A DNA stretch of 60,416 nucleotides, filler included. It is 5 parts of 5 records of this genome, joined end to end, with 100 filler letters (N's around TTAATTAATTAA, not from the genome) between each part and the next. Parts side by side here need not be neighbours in the genome. Positions count along the whole stretch, not along the records: positions 27,257 to 33,111 come from DRR723986_4814; positions 33,212 to 49,386 come from DRR723986_4817; 3 more parts are not named here. One strand, written 5' to 3'. Below, one piece after another: positions 28,611-38,767 of the stretch. A program made the position numbers and the translations under genes. Position 1 is the stretch's first letter, and each line of letters starts with the position of its first letter. A model generated the notes under the pieces. The model saw nothing but the letters and a program-made list of their open reading frames with translations, was not told the DNA's origin and did not search any database.

Positions 28611-29111
28611 ATGAAGTTCAAGGATAATGACGAAGTGCTGGCCACTGTGCAGGCGTCTTCCGGGCGGCGGTTTTTGGGCGTCGTCTCGCTCGGCATCCTG
28701 GGCGTGATGCTGATCTATATTGCGATGGTGCGCTCGCCCGCCTTTGAATGGCAGCTGTTTCTGATCGGCATCGGCGCAGCGGCGCTTTGGATGGCGCAAG
28801 CGATGTGGCGCGCCACGGCCAGCGCGGTCGAACTGACACCGCTGGTGCTGCGGGATGCAGACGGCACCGTCATCGCAGAGGTTGCGGATATCGTCGGAAT
28901 GGATCGCGGTTTTTTCGCGTTCAAACCCTCGAACGGTTTTTTGTTGAAGGTCGGCAGCGGCAGCACCCGCGACTGGCGGCCGGGTCTGTGGTGGCGTTTT
29001 GGCCGCCGGATCGGCATCGGCGGGATGACCCCCGGCAGTCAGACCAAGTTTATGTCAGAAATCATCTCGGCGATGATGGCCACCCGCGATGCGGATATGC
29101 CAGAAATTTAG
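28611..29111 (+). CDS. Hypothetical membrane protein
   Basis: Two TM helices followed by a beta-rich domain (RGFFAFKPSNGF, PGLWWRFGRRIGIGG); GGAG RBS. Confidence 0.75.
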   Translation: MKFKDNDEVLATVQASSGRRFLGVVSLGILGVMLIYIAMVRSPAFEWQLFLIGIGAAALWMAQAMWRATASAVELTPLVLRDADGTVIAEVADIVGMDRGFFAFKPSNGFLLKVGSGSTRDWRPGLWWRFGRRIGIGGMTPGSQTKFMSEIISAMMATRDADMPEI

Positions 29112-29689
29112 GTGCCAGCCGGGCAATTTTCCCAGCATACGCGCGGCGCATAACGGGGCCGTGTGAACACAAAGTTGCGGATCTCACGCTCTTCCAGCCC
29201 TGTTTTGAAAGGGGCCTCATAGGTGGTCCAGGTCTCGACCACAATGATCCGCTCACGGTCTGGCATGACCGGCAGTTTGTCATGCCAGTTCTCCACATCG
29301 TTGTTGTTGAGCGGCAGCACAGCGCCGCGTGTTTGTGACCAATCGCGAAAAAAGCGATCTTCGGATGCATCATAAAGAACTGATGTCACGCGGATAGAGG
29401 ATTCGCCCGAGCTGTTGGTCAGATATTCAAACAACTGATGCAGGCCGGTCAGATATTCCCCATCAATCGGAACCGTCTCACGGGAAATGGCATCGCCCAA
29501 CGAATAGGCAGCCCTCTGGGCCAATCCATGCGTTCTGAACGAATGAAAGATCGAAAACATGGTCAAGAAGGCCCAGAACATCGCTGGCAGAATAATCATG
29601 GCTTCAAGAGCGATCACGCCATCTTCGCGGCGCATGAAATCTAAGCGTGCGATGTATCTCAGAGTGACTTTGCAACGTTGGATAAACAT
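29108..29689 (-). CDS. TadE/TadF-like Flp pseudopilin
   Basis: RREDGVIALEAMIILP prepilin cleavage motif (G|xxxxE); C-terminal TRPRYAP. Confidence 0.82.
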   Translation of the reverse strand: MFIQRCKVTLRYIARLDFMRREDGVIALEAMIILPAMFWAFLTMFSIFHSFRTHGLAQRAAYSLGDAISRETVPIDGEYLTGLHQLFEYLTNSSGESSIRVTSVLYDASEDRFFRDWSQTRGAVLPLNNNDVENWHDKLPVMPDRERIIVVETWTTYEAPFKTGLEEREIRNFVFTRPRYAPRVCWENCPAGT

Positions 29690-30228
29690 TAGCCCGGCTC
29701 CTGCACAAATGTGGAAGACGAAATCATCTTGGCCTTGCCAGACCCGTCTTTTTCGAACGCATAACCAAGTCCGCTGGTCGGATAGACCGGATCAAAGCGC
29801 ACGCAGGCACGCAGCATCATCAGTTCGTGCTGTTGGCCCAACGTGAACCCACGCACCGGCTGAACCGGCTCTGCTGTGTCTACACAATCGGCCTGCTGGT
29901 TAAAGGTCGCAAAATCACGCGGATTTACCGGCGTCATCTCAAGGCGCAGGGACGAATCGCAATCCTCAAGGAAGCCGGCGTTGTCGCAGATCATGGTTTT
30001 GATCTGGTTGTGGGTCATGGCGACATTGGTGTTCAGGCGCACATAACGCACCGCGATGTCGAGGCCGCGATCGAGATACATCTGCCGCATCGAGTAAAGG
30101 CCCATCTCAACCGACATCAGGAATGCCCCAAACAGGATCGGGATGAAGATACAAAATTCGATGACCAGCGCAGAGCCGTCCTCGTCGCGGCGAAAACGCC
30201 GCAACTGGTTTTTCAAGGTGGTCTTCAT
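29689..30228 (-). CDS. tadE: TadE-like Flp pseudopilin
   Basis: RRFRRDEDGSALVIEF; C-terminal FVQEP. Confidence 0.85.
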   Translation of the reverse strand: MKTTLKNQLRRFRRDEDGSALVIEFCIFIPILFGAFLMSVEMGLYSMRQMYLDRGLDIAVRYVRLNTNVAMTHNQIKTMICDNAGFLEDCDSSLRLEMTPVNPRDFATFNQQADCVDTAEPVQPVRGFTLGQQHELMMLRACVRFDPVYPTSGLGYAFEKDGSGKAKMISSSTFVQEPG

Positions 30229-31637
30229 TGTGTCAACCTCAGCTGGTTAATCTGGCGTGCAATGGCCGAGAAGGCTTCGCTGATTTCAACACCTTCCACC
30301 CGGAAGAAGTGGCTGGGCGAAGAGGCGCAGTCTTCCATGACCGAGGCGCCGTGATTGCCAACCTCAAAGCCGATTGACCAGATCACAATGTTCTTGTCCT
30401 TTGCCGCATCACAGATGTTGCTCAGCATCGTGTCCGCCTGGCTTGGCGAGTATTTGGTGTAGCGCCATTTATGGTGCTTGCTGGATTTCACACTTCTGTT
30501 CAGCCAGTAATAGAGCGGATAACGGCTCCAGTGGTAGCGTTCACTGCTGGAATTATAGCGGCTGTTCTTGATCCGAACCGTCGACACGTTCTCACCGTCC
30601 GTCATCAGGATGATCGTCTTGAGGGTGTCGGGATCACCGTAGTTTGCGGGACGGTTTGTGAACACGCCATCGACCGTGCCAATATTCTGGGTAACCGGGC
30701 GGAATGCCGGGTCCAGCATCGCCACACCCCATTTCATACCAAGGTGAATTGCCGTGTTTGCACGAGGACGGAACTGGTTGATCTGTGCCTTCAATGCGTT
30801 CTTGTCCTGCGAGAAAGCGGTGATGTATTCAAACGTTCGCTTGGGGCAACCGGGATTGCTGATTGAGTCCTCAGCATGGCTGCCGTTCCAGCTCCAACCG
30901 GCTTCAAAGTGTTGCATGTGTTCGTAGGACTCGGTCAAGCTGATCGCCGTTTCGTTAAAGTCGCTGCTCTCGAAATCCACGCAACGCGAATACGGGTGTC
31001 GCGATGTCACATTCAATTCATCAAAAATGTCTGGGCCTGCATTCACCTGCGCGGTGTAGGGGATCACGTTCACCGAGATCAGATCCTGGTTGGCTGGTTT
31101 GAGAACAGCATCCAGAAAAGTGCCCGCAGCATCATGCAGGTTGTCCATCTTAGAATTGTGTCGCATCGACCCGGAGATATCGAGCACCAGGGAAATTTCG
31201 ACTTTGTTGACCTTTTCCTGCGCTCTTGAACGGGCGGGCACGTTCAACTCTTCGACGCCCATCGTGTCCATAAATTGTGTGTTCATGGTCATCGAGGCAT
31301 CAACAGTCACTGTGCGGTAGTTCAGGCCCTCGTCCACATCGACGTTTGACACATATCCGGCCATGCCGGATTTATCGAAATAGTCGCGCACAACAGCTTC
31401 GGGATCGAGGGTTTGATCAAGGTCGGCCGCGGCCAGCACGGCACGGTCAGAGACAGCTTGAATGCGCGTGCGTTCCATTTCGTGACGCATCATGTCTGCG
31501 CCAATGCCGCCGATCATCACCATCATCAAGACCATAAACATCGCGAAGATGGTGATTGTTCCGTCTTCGTCGCGGGCGAATTTCCGCGGCTGCTTCATGA
31601 TCGCATCGATCATTTCTTGGCTCATATCTGGTTTCAT
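30225..31637 (-). CDS. tadG: TadG-like pilus protein with vWA domain
   Basis: FARDEDGTITIF, DRAVLAAA, MIDAS LDISGSM, MTDGEN, C-terminal INQLRLTQ. Confidence 0.88.
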   Translation of the reverse strand: MKPDMSQEMIDAIMKQPRKFARDEDGTITIFAMFMVLMMVMIGGIGADMMRHEMERTRIQAVSDRAVLAAADLDQTLDPEAVVRDYFDKSGMAGYVSNVDVDEGLNYRTVTVDASMTMNTQFMDTMGVEELNVPARSRAQEKVNKVEISLVLDISGSMRHNSKMDNLHDAAGTFLDAVLKPANQDLISVNVIPYTAQVNAGPDIFDELNVTSRHPYSRCVDFESSDFNETAISLTESYEHMQHFEAGWSWNGSHAEDSISNPGCPKRTFEYITAFSQDKNALKAQINQFRPRANTAIHLGMKWGVAMLDPAFRPVTQNIGTVDGVFTNRPANYGDPDTLKTIILMTDGENVSTVRIKNSRYNSSSERYHWSRYPLYYWLNRSVKSSKHHKWRYTKYSPSQADTMLSNICDAAKDKNIVIWSIGFEVGNHGASVMEDCASSPSHFFRVEGVEISEAFSAIARQINQLRLTQ

Positions 31638-31986
31638 ACCGTCACCTTTTCATGGTTGGACTGTCACCAGCCCGCAGCGCGGATTACGCACTTTGCCTTC
31701 AGAAGGTTGTGATCCCGAAACGTGTCTTAAATAGGGCCATTGAATGTCAATCCGGGCCCATTTCGCCGACATTTTGGCGTCAATACAGGCGCTTGGAGCA
31801 TTCTGTTTCCGAGCCAAGAACAAAAGCCCCGGTTTCCGGCGAATCACCGCTTATGCCTACAAATTGAGCATTAACTATGAATATTGTCGCACCTTGCAAT
31901 TCTGGCGGTTAGGGTGGTGACGCAGGGGAAGGCCAACTGAGTCGTCCTGCATAGGTTGCATCACTGGAATAATACAGGAGCCCCCA

Positions 31987-33111
31987 ATGAACCCTTCCAA
32001 CGAGCCGAGCTTTCGTGACAGCGTTGATATGATGTTCAATCGTGCCGTCGCACTGATGGACCTGCCGCCGGGCCTGGAAGAGAAAATCAGGGTGTGTAAC
32101 GCAACCTATACCGTGCGTTTCGGGGTCCGCCTGCGCGGCAAGATCCAGACCTTCACGGGCTACCGTTCGGTGCATTCGGAACATATGGAACCGGTCAAGG
32201 GCGGTATCCGCTATGCCATGGCCGTGAACCAGAACGAGGTAGAGGCGCTTGCGGCGCTGATGACCTACAAATGCGCGTTGGTCGAGGCACCCTTTGGCGG
32301 ATCAAAGGGCGGTTTGTGCATTGATCCGCGCGAATATGACGATCACGAACTGGAGCTGATCACCCGCCGCTTTGCCTATGAGCTGATCAAACGCGACATG
32401 ATCAACCCCGCGCAAAACGTACCCGCACCCGATATGGGCACGGGCGAGCGTGAGATGGCGTGGATTGCCGACCAGTACAAACGCATGAACACCACCGACA
32501 TCAACGGCGTTGCCTGTGTGACCGGCAAACCAACCAACGCGGGCGGCATCCAAGGCCGGACAGAGGCCACCGGCCGGGGCGTTCAATATGCGCTGCGGGC
32601 GTTCTTCCGCGACGAACAGGGCAAGAAGAAAGCCGGTCTTGAGGGCAAGCTGGATGGCAAACGGGTCATCGTGCAGGGTCTGGGCAACGTGGGCTATCAC
32701 GCGGCGAAATTCCTGTCAGAAGAGGACGGGTGCAAAATCGTGGGCATCATCGAACGCGATGGCGCTCTGCATGACAAAAATGGCCTTGATGTCGAAGCGG
32801 TTCACCAATGGATCGCCAAGCACGGAACCATCACAGGCTATCCAAGTGCCAGTTGCGAGGCGGATGGTGCCAAGCTGCTTGAGGAAGAATGCGACATTCT
32901 GATCCCTGCGGCGCTGGAAGGGGTGATCAACCTCAGCAATGCCGAGCGGGTACAGGCACCTCTGATCATCGAGGCGGCCAATGGTCCGGTAACGGCGGGG
33001 GCTGATGAGATCCTGCGCAAGAAGGGCACGGTGATCATCCCCGATATGTATGCAAATGCGGGCGGTGTGACGGTGTCTTATTTCGAATGGGTCAAGAACC
33101 TCAGCCACATC
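31987..33111 (+). CDS. gdhA: Glu/Leu/Phe/Val dehydrogenase, probably glutamate dehydrogenase (3' truncated)
   Basis: KGGIRY, PFGGSKGG, VPAPDMGT, QGLGNVG, EAANGP, NAGGVTVSYFEW. Confidence 0.93.
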
Positions 33112-33211
33112 NNNNNNNNNNNNNNNNNNNNNNNNNNNNNNNNNNNNNNNNNNNNTTAATTAATTAANNNNNNNNNNNNNNNNNNNNNNNNNNNNNNNNN
33201 NNNNNNNNNNN
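33112..33211. other. Artificial contig linker
   Basis: 44 N + TTAATTAATTAA + 44 N. Confidence 0.98.
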
Positions 33212-33733
33212 GACGATGCCGCCGTGCAGGTTCCAGATATCTTCCATGACCGGTGTGACGCCGGAACTGGCCTCGTGCTCGATCTCGCCCAGGAGCGGCA
33301 GCAGGATGACGTCACCCAGATGTTTGAGATAGCGGCGGTTGAGTTCTGCGCCATAAAGGCCGGAAAACATGAAAATCCGCATCCACTCGTACTGGAAGAT
33401 GAGTGTGCTGTATTCAGTGTAGAAATCGAGCAGGCGCCGACGCAGCGGCACTTCCCGGTCGGTCAGCCGCTCCGGCCAGTCGGGAGAAAGTCGACCGAGG
33501 TACACCTTTTCGTAGACCGCCTCTATGAGGTCGTCCTTGGTGGCGAAATAGTTGAAAAGCAGCGATTGCGTGACGCCAATACGCTTGGCGAGATCGCGTG
33601 TGTTGCCGTCAAGGCCGACCTCGGCGAAGAAGGCGACGGCACCTTCAACGATCTGCTGGCGGCGTTCGGAAGGGGGCAGCCTGCGACGGCTGGAAGTGTC
33701 CCCCGTTTCGGCGACATCGGTCATTCCATTCAT
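33212..33733 (-). CDS. TetR/AcrR family regulator (3' truncated)
   Basis: HTH TRDLAKRIGVTQSLLFNYFATKDDL; divergent from the Mo-hydroxylase operon. Confidence 0.92.
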
Positions 33734-33795
33734 GTTCCTTTTCCTGCCTCCCTCATACGGCACGCAATAATCTACTTGCAATCTTCCGATTTTTA

Positions 33796-33832
33796 TAGAT
33801 CATCTGATCAATAAAGTTGAGCAGATGCTCAA
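33796..33832. promoter_or_regulatory. Tandem 7-2-7 palindromic operators (probable TetR sites)
   Basis: TAGATCA-TC-TGATCAA (33796-33811) and perfect TTGAGCA-GA-TGCTCAA (33817-33832), 21 bp apart. Confidence 0.8.
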
Positions 33833-33878
33833 TAAGCGATGCTGGAGGGCATCGCGATGAAATCGGGAGGGAGACGCC

Positions 33879-34712
33879 ATGAAGGCATCGGCGGGCGGTT
33901 ATGCCCGGGCATCCAGTTTGCGCAACGCGCTGGAAATGCTGGCCGCGAGCGACGGCAACGGCCGCGTGCTTGCAGGTGGCCAGAGCCTGGTTGCGGCCTT
34001 GAACCTGCGTCTCTCCGCAGGCGACGTCCTGATCGACATTTCCCGCCTGAGCGAGCTTTCCGGGGTAACCGAAACGCAGGATGGTCTGCGGATCGGCGCG
34101 CTGACATCGCATGCGGAGATTGGTCGTAACCCGCTGATCCGGCAGTCTGTTCCACTTCTTTCACAGGCGGTGGAATTCATCGCCCATGCTGCGATCCGCA
34201 ACCGCGGCACGATAGGTGGTGCGCTGGCTCATGCCGATCCGGCTGCGGAGTTTCCAGCCTGCGTTCTGGCCCTTGGCGCCACGCTGCATGTGGAGGGCCT
34301 CAACGGCTCGCGGGACATACCGGTGGAAGATTTCTTTCAGGACATTTTCGAAACGGCCATCGAGGAGGGTGAAATCCTGACCGGCCTCTCGGTCCCGAAG
34401 GCAGAGCCCGGCGAAACGCAGGTCATCGTAGAGGTTGCCAGGAGATCCGGCGACTATGCCCTTACCGGAGTGTGCCTCGTCAAGCGCGCCGATGGACACC
34501 GGCTGTCGCTTTTTTCCGTCGGGCCCAAGCCGGTCCTTGCCGAAGGGGCCATGGCCGCTCTCGACCAGGGCAACATTGATGGCGCCGTTCAGGCTCTGCA
34601 GGCGGAAATCGACCCACCGTCGGACACCCAGGCAAGTGCCGCTTACCGTCGCCACCTTGCCGGTGTCCTCTTACGCCGCGCCACCGCCAGGATCGAGGGA
34701 GGAAACGCATGA
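33879..34712 (+). CDS. Molybdenum hydroxylase FAD subunit (CoxM-like)
   Basis: LAGGQSL, IRNRGTIGG, ADPAAE. Confidence 0.92.
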   Translation: MKASAGGYARASSLRNALEMLAASDGNGRVLAGGQSLVAALNLRLSAGDVLIDISRLSELSGVTETQDGLRIGALTSHAEIGRNPLIRQSVPLLSQAVEFIAHAAIRNRGTIGGALAHADPAAEFPACVLALGATLHVEGLNGSRDIPVEDFFQDIFETAIEEGEILTGLSVPKAEPGETQVIVEVARRSGDYALTGVCLVKRADGHRLSLFSVGPKPVLAEGAMAALDQGNIDGAVQALQAEIDPPSDTQASAAYRRHLAGVLLRRATARIEGGNA

Positions 34713-35209
34713 CGGAGATGTTCCGCGACAAGATCGACATCAGCCTGACCGTTAACGGGGAGCCCGTCGAGGCGCGTGTTCCGGCAGGTCAGCATCTCGT
34801 TGATTTCCTGCGCGGCGAGCTTGGCCTTACCGGCGCCCATGCAAGCTGCGAACACGGTGTCTGCGGTGCCTGTACGCTGAAGGTCGATGGCAAAGCCGTG
34901 CGCGGCTGCCTGATGCTGGCCGCCCAGGCGGACGGTGCCGACGTCTGGACAGTGGAAGGCCTGTCGGACCAGGGCGCGATAAAGGATCTTCAGGACGTCT
35001 TTGTCGAGCGCAATGCGCTCCAGTGCGGCTTCTGCACACCCGGTATGCTGGTTGCCATTAACGAGCTGCTGGAGGCCGGCGGCACGCCGTCGCGTGATCA
35101 GATCCGCGAACATCTGTCGGGCAATTACTGCCGCTGCACCGGCTACGAAGCCATCGTGGATGCGGTTGAATCGGTAGCGCGTGTCCGCGCACAGAAGGGG
35201 GCCGCATGA
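34709..35209 (+). CDS. Molybdenum hydroxylase 2x[2Fe-2S] subunit (CoxS-like)
   Basis: CEHGVCGACT...GC and QCGFCTPG...CRCTGY. Confidence 0.95.
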   Translation: MTEMFRDKIDISLTVNGEPVEARVPAGQHLVDFLRGELGLTGAHASCEHGVCGACTLKVDGKAVRGCLMLAAQADGADVWTVEGLSDQGAIKDLQDVFVERNALQCGFCTPGMLVAINELLEAGGTPSRDQIREHLSGNYCRCTGYEAIVDAVESVARVRAQKGAA

Positions 35210-37587
35210 CCATTCAATTCGGTAATCCGGACCGGCCCAATTCCTATATCGGCAAGACGGTCCCCCGGCCCAATGCCCGGCGTCTGGTCCAGGGGCGCGG
35301 CGTCTATGTGGACGACATCGTGCTGCCGCGCATGGTCCATGTCGCTTTTGTGCGCTCACCCTTCGCGCACGCGAAGATCAACCGTATCGACGCCGAGGAT
35401 GCAAAATCGGTGAAGGGTGTGCTCCGGGTCTTCACGGGCAAGGACATCGCCGAGGTCTGCAAGCCGTGGGTCGCTGTGCTCGCCCATCTGAAAGGCCTGA
35501 AATCGCCGCCGGAACACGCAATTGCCGTTGACCGAGCCTGCTGGGTCGGCGAACCGGTGGCAGCCGTTGTCGCGACCTCTCGCGCTGCTGCCGAGGATGG
35601 CGCGGCTCTTGTCGATGTTGACTACGAGCAACTGGACGTCGTCACCGACATGATGACCGCGCTCGATCCTGAAACGCCGGTGCTGCATCCGGATATGGGC
35701 GACAACCTCGCCTTCCGGCGCCTGCACGAACAGGGGGACGTGGACGAAACCTTCCGGACCGCGCACAAGGTCGTCTCGGCGCGCTTCGTCACCGGACGGC
35801 ACACGGGCGTGACGCTGGAGCCGCGCTCGATCCTGGTCGACTGGAACCCGGCCGAGGAACAGATGACCGCCTGGCATGCGACGCAGGCGCCCCACATGAT
35901 CCAGACAGTTCTGGCCACTCATCTCGACCTGCCGGAAAGCCGGGTCCGGGTCATCTGCGAGGACGTCGGCGGCTCCTACGGCATCAAGGTGCATGTCTAT
36001 CCGGACGAAATGGCGACGGCGGCAATCGCCAAGATCATGAAACGGCCGGTGAAATTCATCGCCGACCGGCTGGAAAGTTTCTCCAGCGACATCCACGCCC
36101 GTGATCATCAGATCGAGGCGAAGATTGCAGTAGGAGAAGACGGCCGGATCCTCGCCATGGATGTCGATGACTGGACCGCGATCGGCCCATATTCGGTCTA
36201 TCCGCGCACCTCCGCTATCGAAGGCAACCAGGTGGTGAACCTCTGCGGTGGCCCCTATGACTTCCAGAATTACCGGGCCAGGACCACGGTTGTCTTCCAG
36301 AACAAGACGCCAACCTGCCAGTACCGGGCAGTCGGCCATCCGATCGCGGTCGCGATAACCGAAGGCCTGCTGGATATGGCGGCCGCCGAAATCGGCATGG
36401 ACCCGGTCGAGATCCGCCGGCGCAACATGTTCAGGGATGATGCCTATCCGGTGACGTCTCCCGCGAACATGCGTTTCGAGGGGCTGTCGCATCACGCCTC
36501 CATGGACAAGCTTCTGGAGCTGATGGACTACGACGGCTTGCGAGCCGAACAGGCAGAGCTCCGCAAGAAGGGCATCTACAGGGGCATCGGCATTGCAAGC
36601 TTCATCGAGCTGACCAATCCCTCGCCCTTCATGTACGGTATCGGCGGCGCGCGCATTTCGGCACAAGACGGTTGCACGGTGCGGATGGATCCGGACGGAT
36701 CGATCGTTGCGCTGTCCGGCGTAACCGAACAGGGGCAGGGCACCGAGGCGATGCTGAGCCAGGTGGTTGCCGAGGGTCTTGGCGTGTCCCCTGCGCGTGT
36801 GCGCGTCATTACCGGTGATACACAAGTGACGCCCTATGGTGGCGGCACCTGGGCGTCGCGCGGGGCCGGTATCGGCGGCGAGGCTGCGCTGCAGGCGGCG
36901 CGGGCGCTTCGCGATTCCATCCTTGAGGTGGCCGCTTCCATGCTCCAGGCCGATCAGGCGCAGCTCGACATCCGCGACGGCGCTGTGGTCGACAGCACTT
37001 CGGGCGAAGCCCGCATGCCGCTCGAGGAGCTCGGCCGGATCGTCTACTTCCGCGGCGACACATTACCGAAGGGCCTGCCGCGGGAACTCGTCCAGACACG
37101 GCACTTCATCACGTCCGAATATCCCTTTGCCTTCACCAACGGCGTCCAGGCCTCCTACCTCGAGGTCGATACGGAGACCGGCATCGTGAAGCTGCTGAAG
37201 CATTGGTGCGTCGAGGATTGCGGGCGGGTGATCAATCCGCTTCTCGTGGACGAGCAGATCCGGGGTGGCATCGTTCAGGGACTCGGCGGAGCGCTCTTTG
37301 AGGAAATCCACTACGACGCGGAAGGCCAGCTCCTGAACGGCTCGATGGCAGACTACCTCGTGCCGATGGCAGCTGAAATGCCCGACATGATCATCGGTCA
37401 CGTTGAAACGCCGACGGGGGAAAGCTTGCTCGGGGCCAAGGGCGCAGGCGAGGCGGGCACTGCCGGGTCTCCGGCCGCCGTCATGAATGCGATCAACGAC
37501 GCCCTGCGACCCATGGGCGCGCAGGTGACAGAAATGCCGTTCACGCCTGAACGGATCGTGAGAGCACTTGGAACCTTGAATGACTGA
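35206..37587 (+). CDS. Xanthine dehydrogenase-family molybdopterin subunit (CoxL-like, not CO dehydrogenase)
   Basis: VGGSYGIK, QYRAVG active-site loop, EQGQG, WASRG, QIRGG, KGAGEAG catalytic Glu. Confidence 0.93.
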   Translation: MTIQFGNPDRPNSYIGKTVPRPNARRLVQGRGVYVDDIVLPRMVHVAFVRSPFAHAKINRIDAEDAKSVKGVLRVFTGKDIAEVCKPWVAVLAHLKGLKSPPEHAIAVDRACWVGEPVAAVVATSRAAAEDGAALVDVDYEQLDVVTDMMTALDPETPVLHPDMGDNLAFRRLHEQGDVDETFRTAHKVVSARFVTGRHTGVTLEPRSILVDWNPAEEQMTAWHATQAPHMIQTVLATHLDLPESRVRVICEDVGGSYGIKVHVYPDEMATAAIAKIMKRPVKFIADRLESFSSDIHARDHQIEAKIAVGEDGRILAMDVDDWTAIGPYSVYPRTSAIEGNQVVNLCGGPYDFQNYRARTTVVFQNKTPTCQYRAVGHPIAVAITEGLLDMAAAEIGMDPVEIRRRNMFRDDAYPVTSPANMRFEGLSHHASMDKLLELMDYDGLRAEQAELRKKGIYRGIGIASFIELTNPSPFMYGIGGARISAQDGCTVRMDPDGSIVALSGVTEQGQGTEAMLSQVVAEGLGVSPARVRVITGDTQVTPYGGGTWASRGAGIGGEAALQAARALRDSILEVAASMLQADQAQLDIRDGAVVDSTSGEARMPLEELGRIVYFRGDTLPKGLPRELVQTRHFITSEYPFAFTNGVQASYLEVDTETGIVKLLKHWCVEDCGRVINPLLVDEQIRGGIVQGLGGALFEEIHYDAEGQLLNGSMADYLVPMAAEMPDMIIGHVETPTGESLLGAKGAGEAGTAGSPAAVMNAINDALRPMGAQVTEMPFTPERIVRALGTLND

Positions 37588-37635
37588 ACCAGAGGAGCCT
37601 GGGAGGATAAGGCTCCGAATGCAGGGAGGAAAATC

Positions 37636-38691
37636 ATGAAGTTCGTAACATTGGCAACCGCAACGGCCATGCTGGCCAGTTCTGCCGGCCTCGCCGCCGC
37701 GCAACAGGCGATCACGGTCAACATCGGTTCGTCGCACCCGGAACAGAATATCTGGGTCTACGCGATGAAGAACACTTTCCAGCCGGAAGTGAACCGGATC
37801 CTGGAAGCTGCCGGCGAATACAAGGTCGACTGGGTGGAGTCCTATGCCGGCACGCTCTACAAATTCACCGACACGCGTGAAGCCGTCATGGACGGCATCG
37901 TCGATGTGGGCATGGTCGGCACCGTCTGGGAAGGTGCGAACATGCCGCTCCAGAACGTGACCTATTTCACGCCGTTTGCCACGGAAGACCACAAGATGAT
38001 CATCGAAATCTTCGATGATCTTTCGGCAAACCTGCCGGAGCTGCGTGACAGCTGGGCGGAAAACGGCATGGTTCATCTGTCATCGCTCATCACCGACAGC
38101 TACGACATCTATGCCACCTTCCCGGTCAACTCCATGAAGGATCTTGAAAACCGCAAGCTCAACGCCCCGGGGACTTCGGCCAACTGGCTGCGCGGAACGG
38201 GTGCAACGCCGGTCGACGGTGCACTGACGACCTACTACACCAACATCCAGACCGGCGTGACCGAAGGTACGCTGTCCTTCGCGTCGGGCATTCTGCCGAC
38301 CCGCGTCTATGAAGTGGCACCCGAACTCACCCGCGTGGGCATCGGCTCTATGTATTTCGGCGGCATCGCGGCCAACAAGGACTTCTTCGACGGTCTGCCG
38401 GAACCAGTCCAGGCCGCCTTCCGGGAAGCTGCGAAGGCAACTTCCGCGGCACACGGTCAATATGTCGAGGATCTTGCCACGCGAGCACTCAAGGAAATGC
38501 AGGAAGCGGGTCTGACGATCCACGAACTGCCGGAAGCAGAAAAAACCGCCTGGGTGAACGGACTGCCGAATATCGTGGAACCGTGGCTGGAACAGACCGG
38601 CGATGCCGGCCGTGTCGTGCTGAAGGCCTATTTCGACGCCCTGCGCGCACGCGGTGCGGAACCGCTGAGGTCCTGGGACGAAGGGCTCTGA
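37636..38691 (+). CDS. dctP: TRAP transporter substrate-binding protein
   Basis: Signal peptide; EAVMDGIVD, GATPV, YTNIQTGVTEG, NKDFFDGLP; followed by dctQM. Confidence 0.88.
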   Translation: MKFVTLATATAMLASSAGLAAAQQAITVNIGSSHPEQNIWVYAMKNTFQPEVNRILEAAGEYKVDWVESYAGTLYKFTDTREAVMDGIVDVGMVGTVWEGANMPLQNVTYFTPFATEDHKMIIEIFDDLSANLPELRDSWAENGMVHLSSLITDSYDIYATFPVNSMKDLENRKLNAPGTSANWLRGTGATPVDGALTTYYTNIQTGVTEGTLSFASGILPTRVYEVAPELTRVGIGSMYFGGIAANKDFFDGLPEPVQAAFREAAKATSAAHGQYVEDLATRALKEMQEAGLTIHELPEAEKTAWVNGLPNIVEPWLEQTGDAGRVVLKAYFDALRARGAEPLRSWDEGL

Positions 38692-38714
38692 GAGCGGCCT
38701 TGCCTCACACCTCT

Positions 38715-38746
38715 CCCGCCCGGCATCTTGTCCGGGCGGGTTTATT
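38715..38746 (+). terminator. Stem-loop after dctP (partial terminator or mRNA stabiliser)
   Basis: CCCGCCCGG-CATCTTGT-CCGGGCGGG-TTTATT. Confidence 0.6.
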
Positions 38747-38767
38747 GAGAGCGAACTGGACGTAACG

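Noticed and set aside
31855-31880. CtrA site upstream of tadG
   Set aside because: Only a single TTAAC half-site; no convincing TTAA-N7-TTAA.
33879-37587. Aerobic CO dehydrogenase (coxMSL)
   Set aside because: Lacks the AYxCSFR Cu-binding loop (reads QYRAVG) and there are no coxDEFG accessory genes.
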